64,000 bases of DNA. Source: Bacteroidia bacterium (GTDB taxonomy: Bacteria > Bacteroidota > Bacteroidia > UKL13-3). The DNA lies in contig JAKLJI010000009.1 of the NCBI GenBank assembly GCA_023151275.1, forward strand, positions 20,287 to 84,286, in the 5' to 3' direction. The notes below the pieces were generated by a model that was given only the letters and a program-made list of their open reading frames with translations, was not told the origin of the DNA and ran no database searches. The position numbers were made by a program, and so were the translations under genes. Below are positions 7,252 to 17,169 of the stretch, in pieces; within the stretch, counting starts at the first letter, position 1, and each line of letters opens with the position of its first letter.

Positions 7252-8082
7252 TTACTTTCTGTATTTCACTTCAACCTGATGCAATTCAATCAATGGTTTG
7301 AGGAATTCTTCTAGGTCGTACACGCAAAGTTGTGAAGCTGCATCGCAAAGCGCTTTTGCAGGCTCAGGGTGTGTTTCGATGAAAACACCATCTACACCGG
7401 ATGCAATACCTGCGCGACTCAATACCGGCAAAAACTCACGTGCTCCGCCGTTGGGGTCGGCACTTGGAGTTCCGTATTTACGCACGCAATGGGTAACATC
7501 AAACACTACAGGATAGCCAATATTTCTTAAGTGGTAAAAGCTTCGCGGATCAACAATTAAATCGTTGTACCCAAAGGTAAATCCACGCTCAGTAAGAATT
7601 ACCTGGTCGTTACCGGATTCCACACATTTCGCAACCGGGTGTTTCATGTTTTCAGGAGCAAGGAATTGTCCGTGCTTGATGTTTACCACTTTACCTGTTT
7701 TTGCTGCTGCCACCATCAAGGTGCTTTGCATGCAGAGGTAAGCCGGAATTTGAATCACATCAACCACCTCACCCGCTGCTGTTGCCTGCTCGGGGTAATG
7801 CACATCGGTAAGGATAGGAAATCCAAATTGCTCACGAATTTTAGCAAGCAGTTTTACTCCTTTATCCAAACCCGGGCCATCGTAATATTTAAGGCTTGAG
7901 CGATTGTCTTTTTGAAAGGAGGATTTGTAAATCACTTTTATTTTCAAGCGTTCCGAAACCTCTTTCAGCATTTCAGCTGTTTTGAGCATGATGCTCTCGT
8001 CTTCGATAACGCAGGGCCCAGAAATCAGAAACAATTCATCTGAGCCACATTCAATATCTCCAACTTTTACAATTTTTGTCAT
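7252..8082 (-). CDS. kdsA: 3-deoxy-8-phosphooctulonate (Kdo-8-P) synthase, Cys-type (metal-dependent class)
   Basis: Full-length by-eye alignment to E. coli KdsA (KSSFQKDNRSS, GPGL, TDVH, DVIQIPA, FDVTH, GVFIETHP). It has GPCVIED where E. coli has GGMNVLE. Confidence 0.9.
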   Translation of the reverse strand: MTKIVKVGDIECGSDELFLISGPCVIEDESIMLKTAEMLKEVSERLKIKVIYKSSFQKDNRSSLKYYDGPGLDKGVKLLAKIREQFGFPILTDVHYPEQATAAGEVVDVIQIPAYLCMQSTLMVAAAKTGKVVNIKHGQFLAPENMKHPVAKCVESGNDQVILTERGFTFGYNDLIVDPRSFYHLRNIGYPVVFDVTHCVRKYGTPSADPNGGAREFLPVLSRAGIASGVDGVFIETHPEPAKALCDAASQLCVYDLEEFLKPLIELHQVEVKYRK

Positions 8083-8092
8083 GGTGTATTAA

Positions 8093-9175
8093 TTACATTC
8101 TTCTGAATAAACCTTCAATAAATTCAATGCTGATTTTCTCTTGCCAATCGGTTCCAATGGCATGGTTCCACATGTGGTGGAGGTTATACGCCACATGGGC
8201 CATGGCATTGATTTCAGCATCGCTCCAGTTTTTACTTAATCCGGTTGGTAGTACGATGTTATGCTTCTTCAACATGGTATTGAATTCAGCAACGCCTTCC
8301 GGGTAAAAATCACCCAAATGTTGGAAGGCCAAACAGTTTGCATAGCAATGCTTTTCGCCAAAAATCTTACTCAAGCCATAACTTAATGCATGACAAATAC
8401 CCACTTCCGAGTAGGTTAAACTTAGGCCACCCATTAAGGATGCCACCATCAATTTGTCATCGTTCTCCGGATTTTGACCAGCGTTTTCACCCAAGTAAAT
8501 ATCGCGACAAAGTTTGAGCGATTGTTCGCCATAGGCCATGGAATAGGCATTGTTCAAAATTCCATCGCGGCTTTCTATGCAATGGATGAAGGTATCCATA
8601 CCTGTATAAAACCATTTATCAACAGGTACGGTTGCCGTCAACTCCGAATCAAGAATAACCTGATCGAAAATGGTCCATTCGCATTTCAAACCAAGTTTCT
8701 TCTCGGGACCGGTTAAAACAGCAGTCATTGAACATTCTGCGCCGGTACCAGAGATAGTAGGAACTCCCACGTGGTAAACGCCAGGCTTCTTGATGAGGTT
8801 AAGTCCCTGGTAGTTTTGAGAAGGACCCTCATTGGTAAGCATAAGGGCAGTTGCCTTGGCAATGTCCATAATTGAACCACCGCCAATCCCAATTAAGCCG
8901 GAAGGCAAGCCTTTTGTAGCCAGGATTTCATCCCTCAATTGGTCAATTTGCTCGGTTGTAGGTTCATGTGGATCTACATCAATAAAATAGACCAAATCTT
9001 CAGGCTTTGCAGGAATTCGTTTTTCGAGGTCTTTGCCTTTGAAGTAATTATCAACCACAAACACCATAAAGCCTTGGTTGAGGCTACGTTTGGGCTGAAG
9101 GATTTCATCGAGTTGATTGAAGCTACCGCGACCGAAAACAGTTTTTTCGATGCTTTTAAAATTCTTGTGGATCAT
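8093..9175 (-). CDS. Iron-containing alcohol dehydrogenase family; candidate Kdo 8-oxidase (KdnB-like)
   Basis: GIGGGSIMDIAKA and His-rich CHALSYG motifs of the Fe-ADH fold are present. The gene sits 10 nt upstream of kdsA and 2 nt downstream of the aminotransferase. The KdnB assignment is by context only. Confidence 0.55.
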   Translation of the reverse strand: MIHKNFKSIEKTVFGRGSFNQLDEILQPKRSLNQGFMVFVVDNYFKGKDLEKRIPAKPEDLVYFIDVDPHEPTTEQIDQLRDEILATKGLPSGLIGIGGGSIMDIAKATALMLTNEGPSQNYQGLNLIKKPGVYHVGVPTISGTGAECSMTAVLTGPEKKLGLKCEWTIFDQVILDSELTATVPVDKWFYTGMDTFIHCIESRDGILNNAYSMAYGEQSLKLCRDIYLGENAGQNPENDDKLMVASLMGGLSLTYSEVGICHALSYGLSKIFGEKHCYANCLAFQHLGDFYPEGVAEFNTMLKKHNIVLPTGLSKNWSDAEINAMAHVAYNLHHMWNHAIGTDWQEKISIEFIEGLFRRM

Positions 9176-9177
9176 AG

Positions 9178-10383
9178 TTATGCGGTAACAGTTTGCGACT
9201 CTTTTATAGAGGCAGCAATTTTAGAAGTAAGTTCAGCAAGTTCAGCATCTGTCCAGCTGGCGCGGATACCAAACGAAATCAAACGGCCAATGGTTTCCTG
9301 CGTTTTTGGGATATTCAAGTTTGCATAATCCTGAGGTGCACCAAGGAGTTGCACGTTTGTTTTGGCAGCTACTCTACCCTCTTTGATATGATCCCATTGG
9401 TTGATGAAATGGTACATGTTGGTAAACCAGTAATTGAAACCGCCTACTCCATTTTTGTTCAAAGCAGCTACAACAGCCTGTGCAGATTGTGTATCCGGCA
9501 TCAGGATATTCAGGAAAGTGGCTGAGTCACCTGAAGGATCTGGAATGGTAGCAAAAGAAACGCCCGGGATTTTTCCCAATTCCTCCATCATGAACTTTTT
9601 ATGCTTGTTGTTGGCTTCGCGAATGGCAGGCACGCGGCGGGTTTGAGCCAAACCCACAGCAGCATGCAATTCTGAAATACGGAAATTGAAACCGAGCACC
9701 GGATGATTTTCCATACCGCGGTTGTTACCAATATGGTCGTGACCATGGTCTGCGAAGTTATCAGCCAGTTTGTAAGCAGTTTCGTCGTTGGTAACCATCA
9801 CACCACCTTCACCGGCAGTTGCAATTTTGAAGAAATCGAAGCTGTAGCAACCTGTTTTACCCCAAAGTCCGGTAGAAACCCCTTTGTAAGAAGCAGCCAT
9901 AGCCTGGCCTGCATCTTCAACCAAAACGAGATTGTGTTCATTGACAACAGCCATTATCTCATCCATATTTGCCATTTGACCGCACATGTGAACCAGGAGA
10001 ACGGCTTTGGTTTTTGGAGTGATTGCATTGCGAATTCCTTCTGCACTTAAACACAGGGTTTCATCTATTTCGGCGAATACAGGCAAAGCACCGGCAAAGA
10101 TTACTGCTTCAACAGAAGCTATGTATGTAAAAGGAGGAACAATTACCTCATCGCCTGCGCCAATTCCGGCGGCCGCCAAGGCACAAGAAACAGCAGTTGA
10201 ACCGGAGGAAACGGCATGGGCATATTTTGCGCCAACCAGTTTCGCCACTTCGGCCTCAAACTCGCGCGCTTTCCAGATATTGTTGCGCTGCGCATCGTGG
10301 TTATAACGAAACAGAATTCCTGTTTCCAATACATCATTGATTTCTTTGCGCTCTTCAGCGCCAAAATATTCGGTTCCTGGCAT
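9178..10383 (-). CDS. DegT/DnrJ/EryC1/StrS-family PLP aminotransferase; candidate Kdo8N transaminase (KdnA-like)
   Basis: SSGSTA, DEVIVPPFTY and SFDFFKIATAGEGG (PLP-lysine motif) are present. Start is set at the ATG at 10383 (MPGTEYFG); the TTG at 10401 is an alternative. The KdnA assignment is by context. Confidence 0.55.
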   Translation of the reverse strand: MPGTEYFGAEERKEINDVLETGILFRYNHDAQRNNIWKAREFEAEVAKLVGAKYAHAVSSGSTAVSCALAAAGIGAGDEVIVPPFTYIASVEAVIFAGALPVFAEIDETLCLSAEGIRNAITPKTKAVLLVHMCGQMANMDEIMAVVNEHNLVLVEDAGQAMAASYKGVSTGLWGKTGCYSFDFFKIATAGEGGVMVTNDETAYKLADNFADHGHDHIGNNRGMENHPVLGFNFRISELHAAVGLAQTRRVPAIREANNKHKKFMMEELGKIPGVSFATIPDPSGDSATFLNILMPDTQSAQAVVAALNKNGVGGFNYWFTNMYHFINQWDHIKEGRVAAKTNVQLLGAPQDYANLNIPKTQETIGRLISFGIRASWTDAELAELTSKIAASIKESQTVTA

Positions 10384-10593
10384 AATGCTAAATTTATGCA
10401 AAAGTACAAAAAGGCAATGGAAAAGCGGGAAACCTGTTTTATTCCCAAATCCGACAATAAATTCCCGTTTTGAAACGAATCCTTCAGTAGTTCAAACTGA
10501 AAAAAAGAATACAACATGTTAAAAATCAATATACTATAAAAAAAAAATTAATCAAGGAACAGGATTTGCACGTATCAATCAAAACCAAAAATC

Positions 10594-11013
10594 ATGAAAA
10601 AGACAGCCATTCTTATGTTAGCTTCAGCTAGTTTGCTGGTGAGTTGCAAAAAAGATTTGATTGAAAAAGCTGAAGAAAACAGACAAAACACCACTGCAAA
10701 AGCATTTAAAGAACTGAAGACCAGCGCTGATTTTAACTGGTCAACCAAACAGGATGTGGAATTAAGCATAACAGGCTTGGCAACTGCTGTTCCAATTACC
10801 AATACCTTAAAAATAAGCAGTGCTGATGGGAAAATTGTGTACAATAGCTTATTTTACACCATGGAAACCAGCAGCACTATCAAAGTTAGTCTACCTAGCA
10901 TTGTAAAAGAATTGCGCATAGATTTTGGAACAATCTCCAAAGTAGTGAAAGTTGAATCAGGCAAAGCTAAATTCGATTTTATTCCGGTAATAAATGATGA
11001 GGGGGCAGAGTAA
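10594..11013 (+). CDS. Small lipoprotein, paralog A (unknown function)
   Basis: Lipobox LLVSC. FKELKTSADFNWSTKQDVELSITG aligns with FKNLKVSESFSWQTTRSVKLAITG of the next gene. Confidence 0.6.
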   Translation: MKKTAILMLASASLLVSCKKDLIEKAEENRQNTTAKAFKELKTSADFNWSTKQDVELSITGLATAVPITNTLKISSADGKIVYNSLFYTMETSSTIKVSLPSIVKELRIDFGTISKVVKVESGKAKFDFIPVINDEGAE

Positions 11014-11156
11014 ATTTGAAACCATGGAAACAATAAAAGGCATTTGGGAGACAATTAAACAACAATTATCGCAACCTGATAATCAAAACAAGCAATTGGC
11101 ATTAATTCCAGTTAGAAGGTAAAGATATTTAGTACCTTAGCGAACTATTTTCCTTT

Positions 11157-11549
11157 ATGAAAAAGCTATTAGTTTACTTATCGAGTTTAGGTTTATTATT
11201 CAGTGGGTGTATCAAACTGGAGTCCCCAGAACCTAAAACTGCAACCCAATTTAAAAATTTGAAAGTAAGCGAAAGCTTTAGTTGGCAAACTACCAGGTCT
11301 GTAAAACTAGCCATCACAGGAACAATCACGCCCAATCCTGTACGAGCAACTTTACTGATTACCAACAAACAAGGAGATACATTGCGGCGCGAAAATCGCC
11401 TCATGGATGAAAATGTTGAGCTAATGCTTCAGGTTCCCACAACAACAGACAGCCTAATTGTTTCCTTTGGAAGCATTCAAAAAACCTATAAAGTTCAATC
11501 AGAAATTTTGGCCAATTATATTCTGCCCATCACCGACGAAGAAAATTAA
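11157..11549 (+). CDS. Small lipoprotein, paralog B (unknown function)
   Basis: Lipobox LFSGC. It is collinear with paralog A over its whole length. Confidence 0.6.
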   Translation: MKKLLVYLSSLGLLFSGCIKLESPEPKTATQFKNLKVSESFSWQTTRSVKLAITGTITPNPVRATLLITNKQGDTLRRENRLMDENVELMLQVPTTTDSLIVSFGSIQKTYKVQSEILANYILPITDEEN

Positions 11550-11561
11550 GAAATATTCCTG

Positions 11562-13061
11562 ATGAAAAAATTATTAACCAACCTTTGTTTACTTGGGCTC
11601 GCACTAAGTACCCAAGCACAAACTGTTTCGGTAAATTGTGAATCGACACCAAGTGGGCAAAGCCCCTCAACCACCAACAATAGAGCATTTGATCAAGCCA
11701 ATTGCTGGGCTTTTGGTGCTGTAACCTATACCAATACCAGCTCGCAGCGCATTTCCGGCAATTATTCCATGCGTTCCAATTCGCCTACCAGCTTAGATCC
11801 AGCTGCTTGTTGGGTAAAATCACCCTGGATAAAGCCTGGCACCGGAAATATTACTTTCAAATTAAAATTTGAATCGAGCACAGGGGCTACCAATCGAAGA
11901 GTAATTTTAACCTATTGTGCTTATGACCCGAACTCCCTTTCAGCCTCAAAAGAGGGAACTCATATTCGATTTGATTCTATAACCTACGTACCTAGCTTAC
12001 CTACCAGTGCGCAGAACTTATCATTTTCAGTTCCTGCTGCTATCGCTAATTCAGGTCAACCTTATAAAGTAAGAATTTCATTTGTAGGAACCGGAGGAAC
12101 CACTCGTTTTAATGTGGATGATTTGGTAATACCTGGAACCTATTGGGCTGATCCTTCAAGCAATTGTCTTCCATTGCCTGTGATTCAGGATGCCGATTCT
12201 GATGGAGTTGCAGATGCGAACGACGCATATCCAAATGATGCCACCAGAGCATATAACAACATGTATCCTGCAGCAGGTAAAGGAACTTTGATGTTTGAAG
12301 ACTTATGGCCTACAACAGGCGACTATGATTTCAACGATTATGTTGCGTCGTACCGTTACAATGTTGTTACCAACGCCAGCAACAAAGTAGTTGAAATCAA
12401 ATTCACCCTAACCACACGCGCCATTGGTGCAAGTTTGAAAAATGGTTTCGGTTTGCAATTCGACAATATTGCACCTGCTAAAGTTACAGCAGTTACTGGC
12501 ACTCAAACCCATAATGCAGCTTGGGTATCCACTGCTGCAAATGGAACTGAAAATGGCCAAACTTTTGCCAATGTTATTTTCTTCGACGACGCCTTTAAAA
12601 TCCTTCCTTCACCCGGCGGAAGCGGTGTGAATGTAGATCCAGCCAATCCTTATGCTACTCCGGTTGACCTGAATGTAACCGTGAGTTTCAACACAGCGCC
12701 AGGAGAAGCTATTGGAATAAATGATTTGAATCTAAACCCTTACCTGATTGTTAACCAGGAACGTGGTCGCGAGGTGCATTTGGCTGGTGGATTGCCAACC
12801 TCAAAAGCAAATACAGCTTTGTTTGGAACCGGACAGGATGCTACCAATCCGGGCATTGGCAAGTACTACAAAACCAAAAACAATCTTCCTTGGGCCATTG
12901 CGGTAGAAGTTGAAATTCCTTATCCAAAGACCAAAGTAGATATTTTGGAAGTGTATAAAAACTTTGCAAGCTGGGCAGAAAGTTCAGGAGCAAGTTCCGC
13001 CGATTGGTACCTGGATATGCCTGGTTATCGCGACACTAACAAATTGTACGACGAACCTTAG
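11562..13061 (+). CDS. Secreted LruC-domain protein with N-terminal beta-sandwich-like domain and a Ca-binding TSP3-like DxDxDG motif
   Basis: Signal peptide ...STQAQ. DADSDGVADANDAYPND is followed by GTLMFEDLWPTTGDYDFNDYV...GFGLQF...NPYLIV...EVHL...PWAI, which is typical of the LruC domain (TIGR04456-type). Confidence 0.65.
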   Translation: MKKLLTNLCLLGLALSTQAQTVSVNCESTPSGQSPSTTNNRAFDQANCWAFGAVTYTNTSSQRISGNYSMRSNSPTSLDPAACWVKSPWIKPGTGNITFKLKFESSTGATNRRVILTYCAYDPNSLSASKEGTHIRFDSITYVPSLPTSAQNLSFSVPAAIANSGQPYKVRISFVGTGGTTRFNVDDLVIPGTYWADPSSNCLPLPVIQDADSDGVADANDAYPNDATRAYNNMYPAAGKGTLMFEDLWPTTGDYDFNDYVASYRYNVVTNASNKVVEIKFTLTTRAIGASLKNGFGLQFDNIAPAKVTAVTGTQTHNAAWVSTAANGTENGQTFANVIFFDDAFKILPSPGGSGVNVDPANPYATPVDLNVTVSFNTAPGEAIGINDLNLNPYLIVNQERGREVHLAGGLPTSKANTALFGTGQDATNPGIGKYYKTKNNLPWAIAVEVEIPYPKTKVDILEVYKNFASWAESSGASSADWYLDMPGYRDTNKLYDEP

Positions 13062-13075
13062 TAGAAATTAACACT

Positions 13076-13107
13076 AAAAAAAGGAGCTCAATCGGGCTCC
13101 TTTTTTT
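13076..13107. terminator. Bidirectional terminator between the LruC gene and selU
   Basis: aaaaaaaggagc-tcaatcgg-gctccttttttt. The T tract overlaps the selU stop codon. Confidence 0.7.
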
Positions 13108-14107
13108 ATAAGTGAATCAGCTGTTGCAACACCTCATCAAAACTACCCTCCAAAATGAGTTTCTGCTCCAAAGTAGAATCATTCAAGGCACGCACGTAAA
13201 CTTTATCGTAGTAAAATAATACTTCGTCTAACCAGCCATCAAAATTGTTGTTTTCTAAGTCAGAGATCGCTTTTCGCAGGCGCAAATCACCTAATTTCTT
13301 GGCAATTTTTTGAGTGGATTGAATCAATTGCTCCTTAGGGAAAACACCATACTCATTTCTAATTCGTGCAAACCTTTCTTCCTTTGGAATTCTAACAACC
13401 ACCAGAGGAGACTGTCTCATTTGCTTGAAGAAAACATCTGGAACTTGAAGTTTACCAATCATAGAAGCCTCATCTTCCAACCAAAGAGGTTCAGCCACAT
13501 TGATTTTAGACAGCAACAAAGCTAGGTTATTTTCAAATTGTTCCTGTGTGGGCTGAGGTTCCATACCAATTGCACCAAAAGCGGAGCCGCGGTGGGAAGC
13601 CAATTCCTCAAGGTCGATGATTTGTTTTCCAGCATTCGCCAAGCCTTTCAGCATTTCGGTTTTACCTGAACCTGTAAAGCCACCCAGCACCCGTAAATTG
13701 TACGATTGCAGGAAAGTATTTAATACCAAGTTGCGGAAAGTTTTATAACCGCCCTCAATGATGGTTATATCTAAACCGGCATTGCTAAGCAATTGGGCCA
13801 TTATCCGGCTGCGTAAACCACCACGCCAGCAATGTAAGACAAGCGGCTTTCCCTCTGATAGTGAAATTGCCCCTTCAATCAATTGTCTGAACCGAGGTCC
13901 AACCAATTCATAACCCAACAAGACGGCAGCTTGGTTTCCTTCTTTTTTGTAGGTGGTTCCAACTAACACGCGCTCCTCATTTCTTAACAAGGGAAGATTG
14001 ACAGCCCCGGGAATATGGCCTTGGGCAAATTCTCCCTCACTCCGCACATCCACTAAAACATGGGCCTGAGAAGAAATCAGCGAAAAATTAATACCAATAG
14101 TTTTCAT
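13106..14107 (-). CDS. selU: tRNA 2-selenouridine(34) synthase
   Basis: N-terminal rhodanese domain (VDVRSEGEFAQGHIPGAVNLPLL, HCWRGGLRS) plus the P-loop GGFTGSGKTE. Length and architecture match MnmH/YbbB. Confidence 0.85.
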   Translation of the reverse strand: MKTIGINFSLISSQAHVLVDVRSEGEFAQGHIPGAVNLPLLRNEERVLVGTTYKKEGNQAAVLLGYELVGPRFRQLIEGAISLSEGKPLVLHCWRGGLRSRIMAQLLSNAGLDITIIEGGYKTFRNLVLNTFLQSYNLRVLGGFTGSGKTEMLKGLANAGKQIIDLEELASHRGSAFGAIGMEPQPTQEQFENNLALLLSKINVAEPLWLEDEASMIGKLQVPDVFFKQMRQSPLVVVRIPKEERFARIRNEYGVFPKEQLIQSTQKIAKKLGDLRLRKAISDLENNNFDGWLDEVLFYYDKVYVRALNDSTLEQKLILEGSFDEVLQQLIHL

Positions 14108-14164
14108 GCGTTATTAATCCTTTCTATAAATTCAGGCAAAAAAACCTGAAATTTGCGGCCTGTC

Positions 14165-15691
14165 ATGGAAGAAAAAGTACTCATTATCGATTTCGGCTCG
14201 CAATATACGCAGTTAATTGCCCGTCGATTAAGGGAATTAAATGTCTATTCTGAAATTCACCCTTGCACGCATTTGCCGGAATTAGACCCCGACACCAAAG
14301 CGGTTATCCTAAGTGGTAGCCCATACAGTGTTAGCGACGGACTACTTCCAGCCATTGACTTGAGCAAATACCGAGGAAAACTTCCCTTATTGGGCGTTTG
14401 TTATGGCGCGCAATATCTTGCTCATTCAAACGGAGGCACTGTAATACCTTCAAAAATTCGTGAATACGGCCGTGCCAAGCTTGAAAAAGTAGCAGATGAA
14501 GATTTATTCCATGCCGTTGAACTTGGCTCCCAGGTTTGGATGAGTCACGGAGATACCATCCAGAAACTACCTGAAGGATTTGAAGTTATTGCCAGTACAG
14601 AAAGTGTTGAAGTAGCTGCCTTCCGCATTTCCGGCGAAAAAACCTATGCTTTGCAGTTCCACCCTGAAGTAACGCATAGCATTGATGGAAAAACCATTCT
14701 TCATAATTTCATTTCACGCATTGCAGGCCTAAGTCAAAATTGGAATCCAGCCCATTTCATTGAAAACACCACACGTGAATTGCGCGAAAAATTGGGCAAC
14801 GATAAGGTAATTATTGGCTTATCCGGCGGAGTTGACTCTTCGGTTGCGGCTGTTTTGTTGAAAGAAGCTATCGGTGAAAACCTTACAGGTATTTTTATCG
14901 ACAATGGGCTTTTGCGTAAAGATGAATTTCAGCAAGTTTTGAAGGCCTATGAAAACATGGGTCTAAACGTAATTGGAGTGGATGCCGGCCAGCGTTTTTT
15001 AAGTGAATTAGCGGGTGTAAGCGATCCTGAACAAAAACGTAAAATCATTGGCCGCGTATTCATTGAAGTTTTTGAAGATGAATCCAAAAAGTTGGATGGC
15101 ATAAAATGGCTGGCACAAGGAACTATCTATCCTGACGTAATTGAAAGTGTTAGTGTAAAAGGGCCATCTGCCACCATCAAGTCTCACCACAATGTGGGAG
15201 GATTACCTGAGAAAATGGATTTGAAAATTGTTGAACCTCTTCGCATGTTATTCAAAGATGAGGTGCGCAATGTGGGAGCAGCCTTGGGAATAGACCAAGT
15301 CATTCTGGGTCGTCATCCATTTCCGGGACCAGGTCTTGCTATTCGAATTCTTGGCGACATTACAGCTGAAAAGGTTCGCATTCTTCAAGAAGCAGACCAT
15401 ATTTTTATTAGCGAGCTAAAAAGCAAAAACCACTATGCCAATGTTTGGCAGGCAGGAGCCATTTTCCTGCCGGTTCAATCTGTTGGCGTTATGGGTGATG
15501 AACGCACCTATGAGCATGTGGTTTGTTTAAGAGCCGTAACATCTGTAGATGGAATGACTGCTGATTTCTGTCATTTGCCACATGATTTTCTAGGCTTAGT
15601 TGCCAACCGAATTATCAATGAAGTAAAAGGAATAAATCGTGTGGTTTACGATATTAGCTCTAAACCACCCGCAACCATTGAATGGGAATAA
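14165..15691 (+). CDS. guaA: GMP synthase (glutamine-hydrolysing)
   Basis: GATase domain ([11 protein letters not shown]), PP-loop SGGVDSS, C-terminal PPATIEWE. Start is trimmed to the ATG at 14165. Confidence 0.95.
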   Translation: MEEKVLIIDFGSQYTQLIARRLRELNVYSEIHPCTHLPELDPDTKAVILSGSPYSVSDGLLPAIDLSKYRGKLPLLGVCYGAQYLAHSNGGTVIPSKIREYGRAKLEKVADEDLFHAVELGSQVWMSHGDTIQKLPEGFEVIASTESVEVAAFRISGEKTYALQFHPEVTHSIDGKTILHNFISRIAGLSQNWNPAHFIENTTRELREKLGNDKVIIGLSGGVDSSVAAVLLKEAIGENLTGIFIDNGLLRKDEFQQVLKAYENMGLNVIGVDAGQRFLSELAGVSDPEQKRKIIGRVFIEVFEDESKKLDGIKWLAQGTIYPDVIESVSVKGPSATIKSHHNVGGLPEKMDLKIVEPLRMLFKDEVRNVGAALGIDQVILGRHPFPGPGLAIRILGDITAEKVRILQEADHIFISELKSKNHYANVWQAGAIFLPVQSVGVMGDERTYEHVVCLRAVTSVDGMTADFCHLPHDFLGLVANRIINEVKGINRVVYDISSKPPATIEWE

Positions 15692-15692
15692 C

Positions 15693-16817
15693 ATGAAAAG
15701 TCTGTTTTTAACTCTTTTTCTAGCAATTGGACAACTGGTACATGCACAAAAAGATACAGTGCGTGTATCGGTGATTATGCCCTTTTGCAGCAAAGAAATC
15801 CGCCTAAACCCAGCTTCGGCACGCACACCAATTGGAAATGCTTGCCGGGAATACTACCAAGGATTTGAGCTTGCCATGGATAGCTTGGAAACCAAGGACC
15901 GGATTTTTAGAATTGGAGTTTACGACAGTAAAAACGACTCAAATGTTTTCAAACGAATCCTGAAAAAACAGGATGTGACTAACTCCAATCTCATCATTGG
16001 ACCGGTGGTTTCTGAAGCACAGTTAATGATGAGTAGTTTCTCCAAAAAAACAGGAATCCCGCATATCTCTCCACTTACAACCATGACAAAAAGTAAGGTG
16101 GACGACCCCAACCTAATTGCTATGAATCCTGACTTGGACAACTACGCCGATATTTTTTTAGAGAAGTTAAAAGCGGATGGTGAATTGCAAGGAAATATTG
16201 TGGTGATTACCGGAAAAGGCAAGAATGACAAATTGATTGCCTCCCGCTTTCAGGCCCTGAAAAATAAGTATCCGCAATACAGTTTTAAATCCCTTGAAAT
16301 TGGTCGATACAACGAATTCAAACAACATTTTCAACTTGGCAAAACCAACCATGTTATAATTGATTCCGACAATGAATATTTGGTTGGCTCAGTAATTCGT
16401 ATGTTATCGGACAGCAACCAGTTTAATGATATTCATGTTTACGGAAATAAAAAATGGTTGAACTTCAATGCCATTCCTGCACCAGTTTGGAAGCGCTTGC
16501 AGGTAACCATTATTTGTCCAATTTATGCCAACATGGAAAATGCCTACACCCGCAATTTCTTTGTAGCCTATAAGGAACGATACAATACGGAGCCGAATGA
16601 ATTTGCCCTTGCAGGATACGATCAAGGATTATTGTTTCTTCAAAACTTGGCCGAAAATGAAGGTCGTTTGAATTTGGATGCCTTAAAATTTCAGCGAAAA
16701 TTAAGCGGAGGCAGTTATTCCATCAAGCCAAAGCCCAATGGAAAAGGATACCAAAACATGCGGCTGAATTTCCTGATGTTTGATGAGGAATACAATTTGG
16801 TTCCGGTGGCTTACTAG
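15693..16817 (+). CDS. Secreted periplasmic-binding-protein type 1 (Leu/Ile/Val-binding-like) protein
   Basis: Signal peptide MKSLFLTLFLAIGQLVHAQ. The alternating beta-alpha pattern and length fit Peripla_BP_6. Start is at the ATG at 15693, 1 nt after the guaA stop. Confidence 0.45.
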   Translation: MKSLFLTLFLAIGQLVHAQKDTVRVSVIMPFCSKEIRLNPASARTPIGNACREYYQGFELAMDSLETKDRIFRIGVYDSKNDSNVFKRILKKQDVTNSNLIIGPVVSEAQLMMSSFSKKTGIPHISPLTTMTKSKVDDPNLIAMNPDLDNYADIFLEKLKADGELQGNIVVITGKGKNDKLIASRFQALKNKYPQYSFKSLEIGRYNEFKQHFQLGKTNHVIIDSDNEYLVGSVIRMLSDSNQFNDIHVYGNKKWLNFNAIPAPVWKRLQVTIICPIYANMENAYTRNFFVAYKERYNTEPNEFALAGYDQGLLFLQNLAENEGRLNLDALKFQRKLSGGSYSIKPKPNGKGYQNMRLNFLMFDEEYNLVPVAY

Positions 16818-17169
16818 AGGAAGCTATGGCTTTTGGCTATAGCCATGGCTCGGTAAATTTACAATTGATAAAACTTCTGAAAGCCATCACCTATAGCTAA
16901 GGCCAAAATTCTGTAAGCCGCCTCCTGTGGGTTAAAATTTGGACTTTTTCTACAATCATGACACCCCTAACGGGGTTAGATACGCCCATTCCATCCGAAT
17001 TGAAACTTCTGGATTACTGAAAATTTTCAGAGCCGAATGGGGACCTAAAAACTGGGGCCAATTCAAAGAACCATTTTGCATTTAAGCTAATGCAATTATT
17101 GAGATTTAGAAATGAACTTCCCACTGAAAATTCACTAAATTCGTAGTTCTTTCACTCTGTTTTGTGCGC

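Noticed and set aside
10143-10529. 128-aa minus-strand ORF and neighbouring small ORFs around the aminotransferase start
   Set aside because: They are out of frame and overlap the aminotransferase 5-prime end and the divergent promoter region. Their composition is not coding-like.
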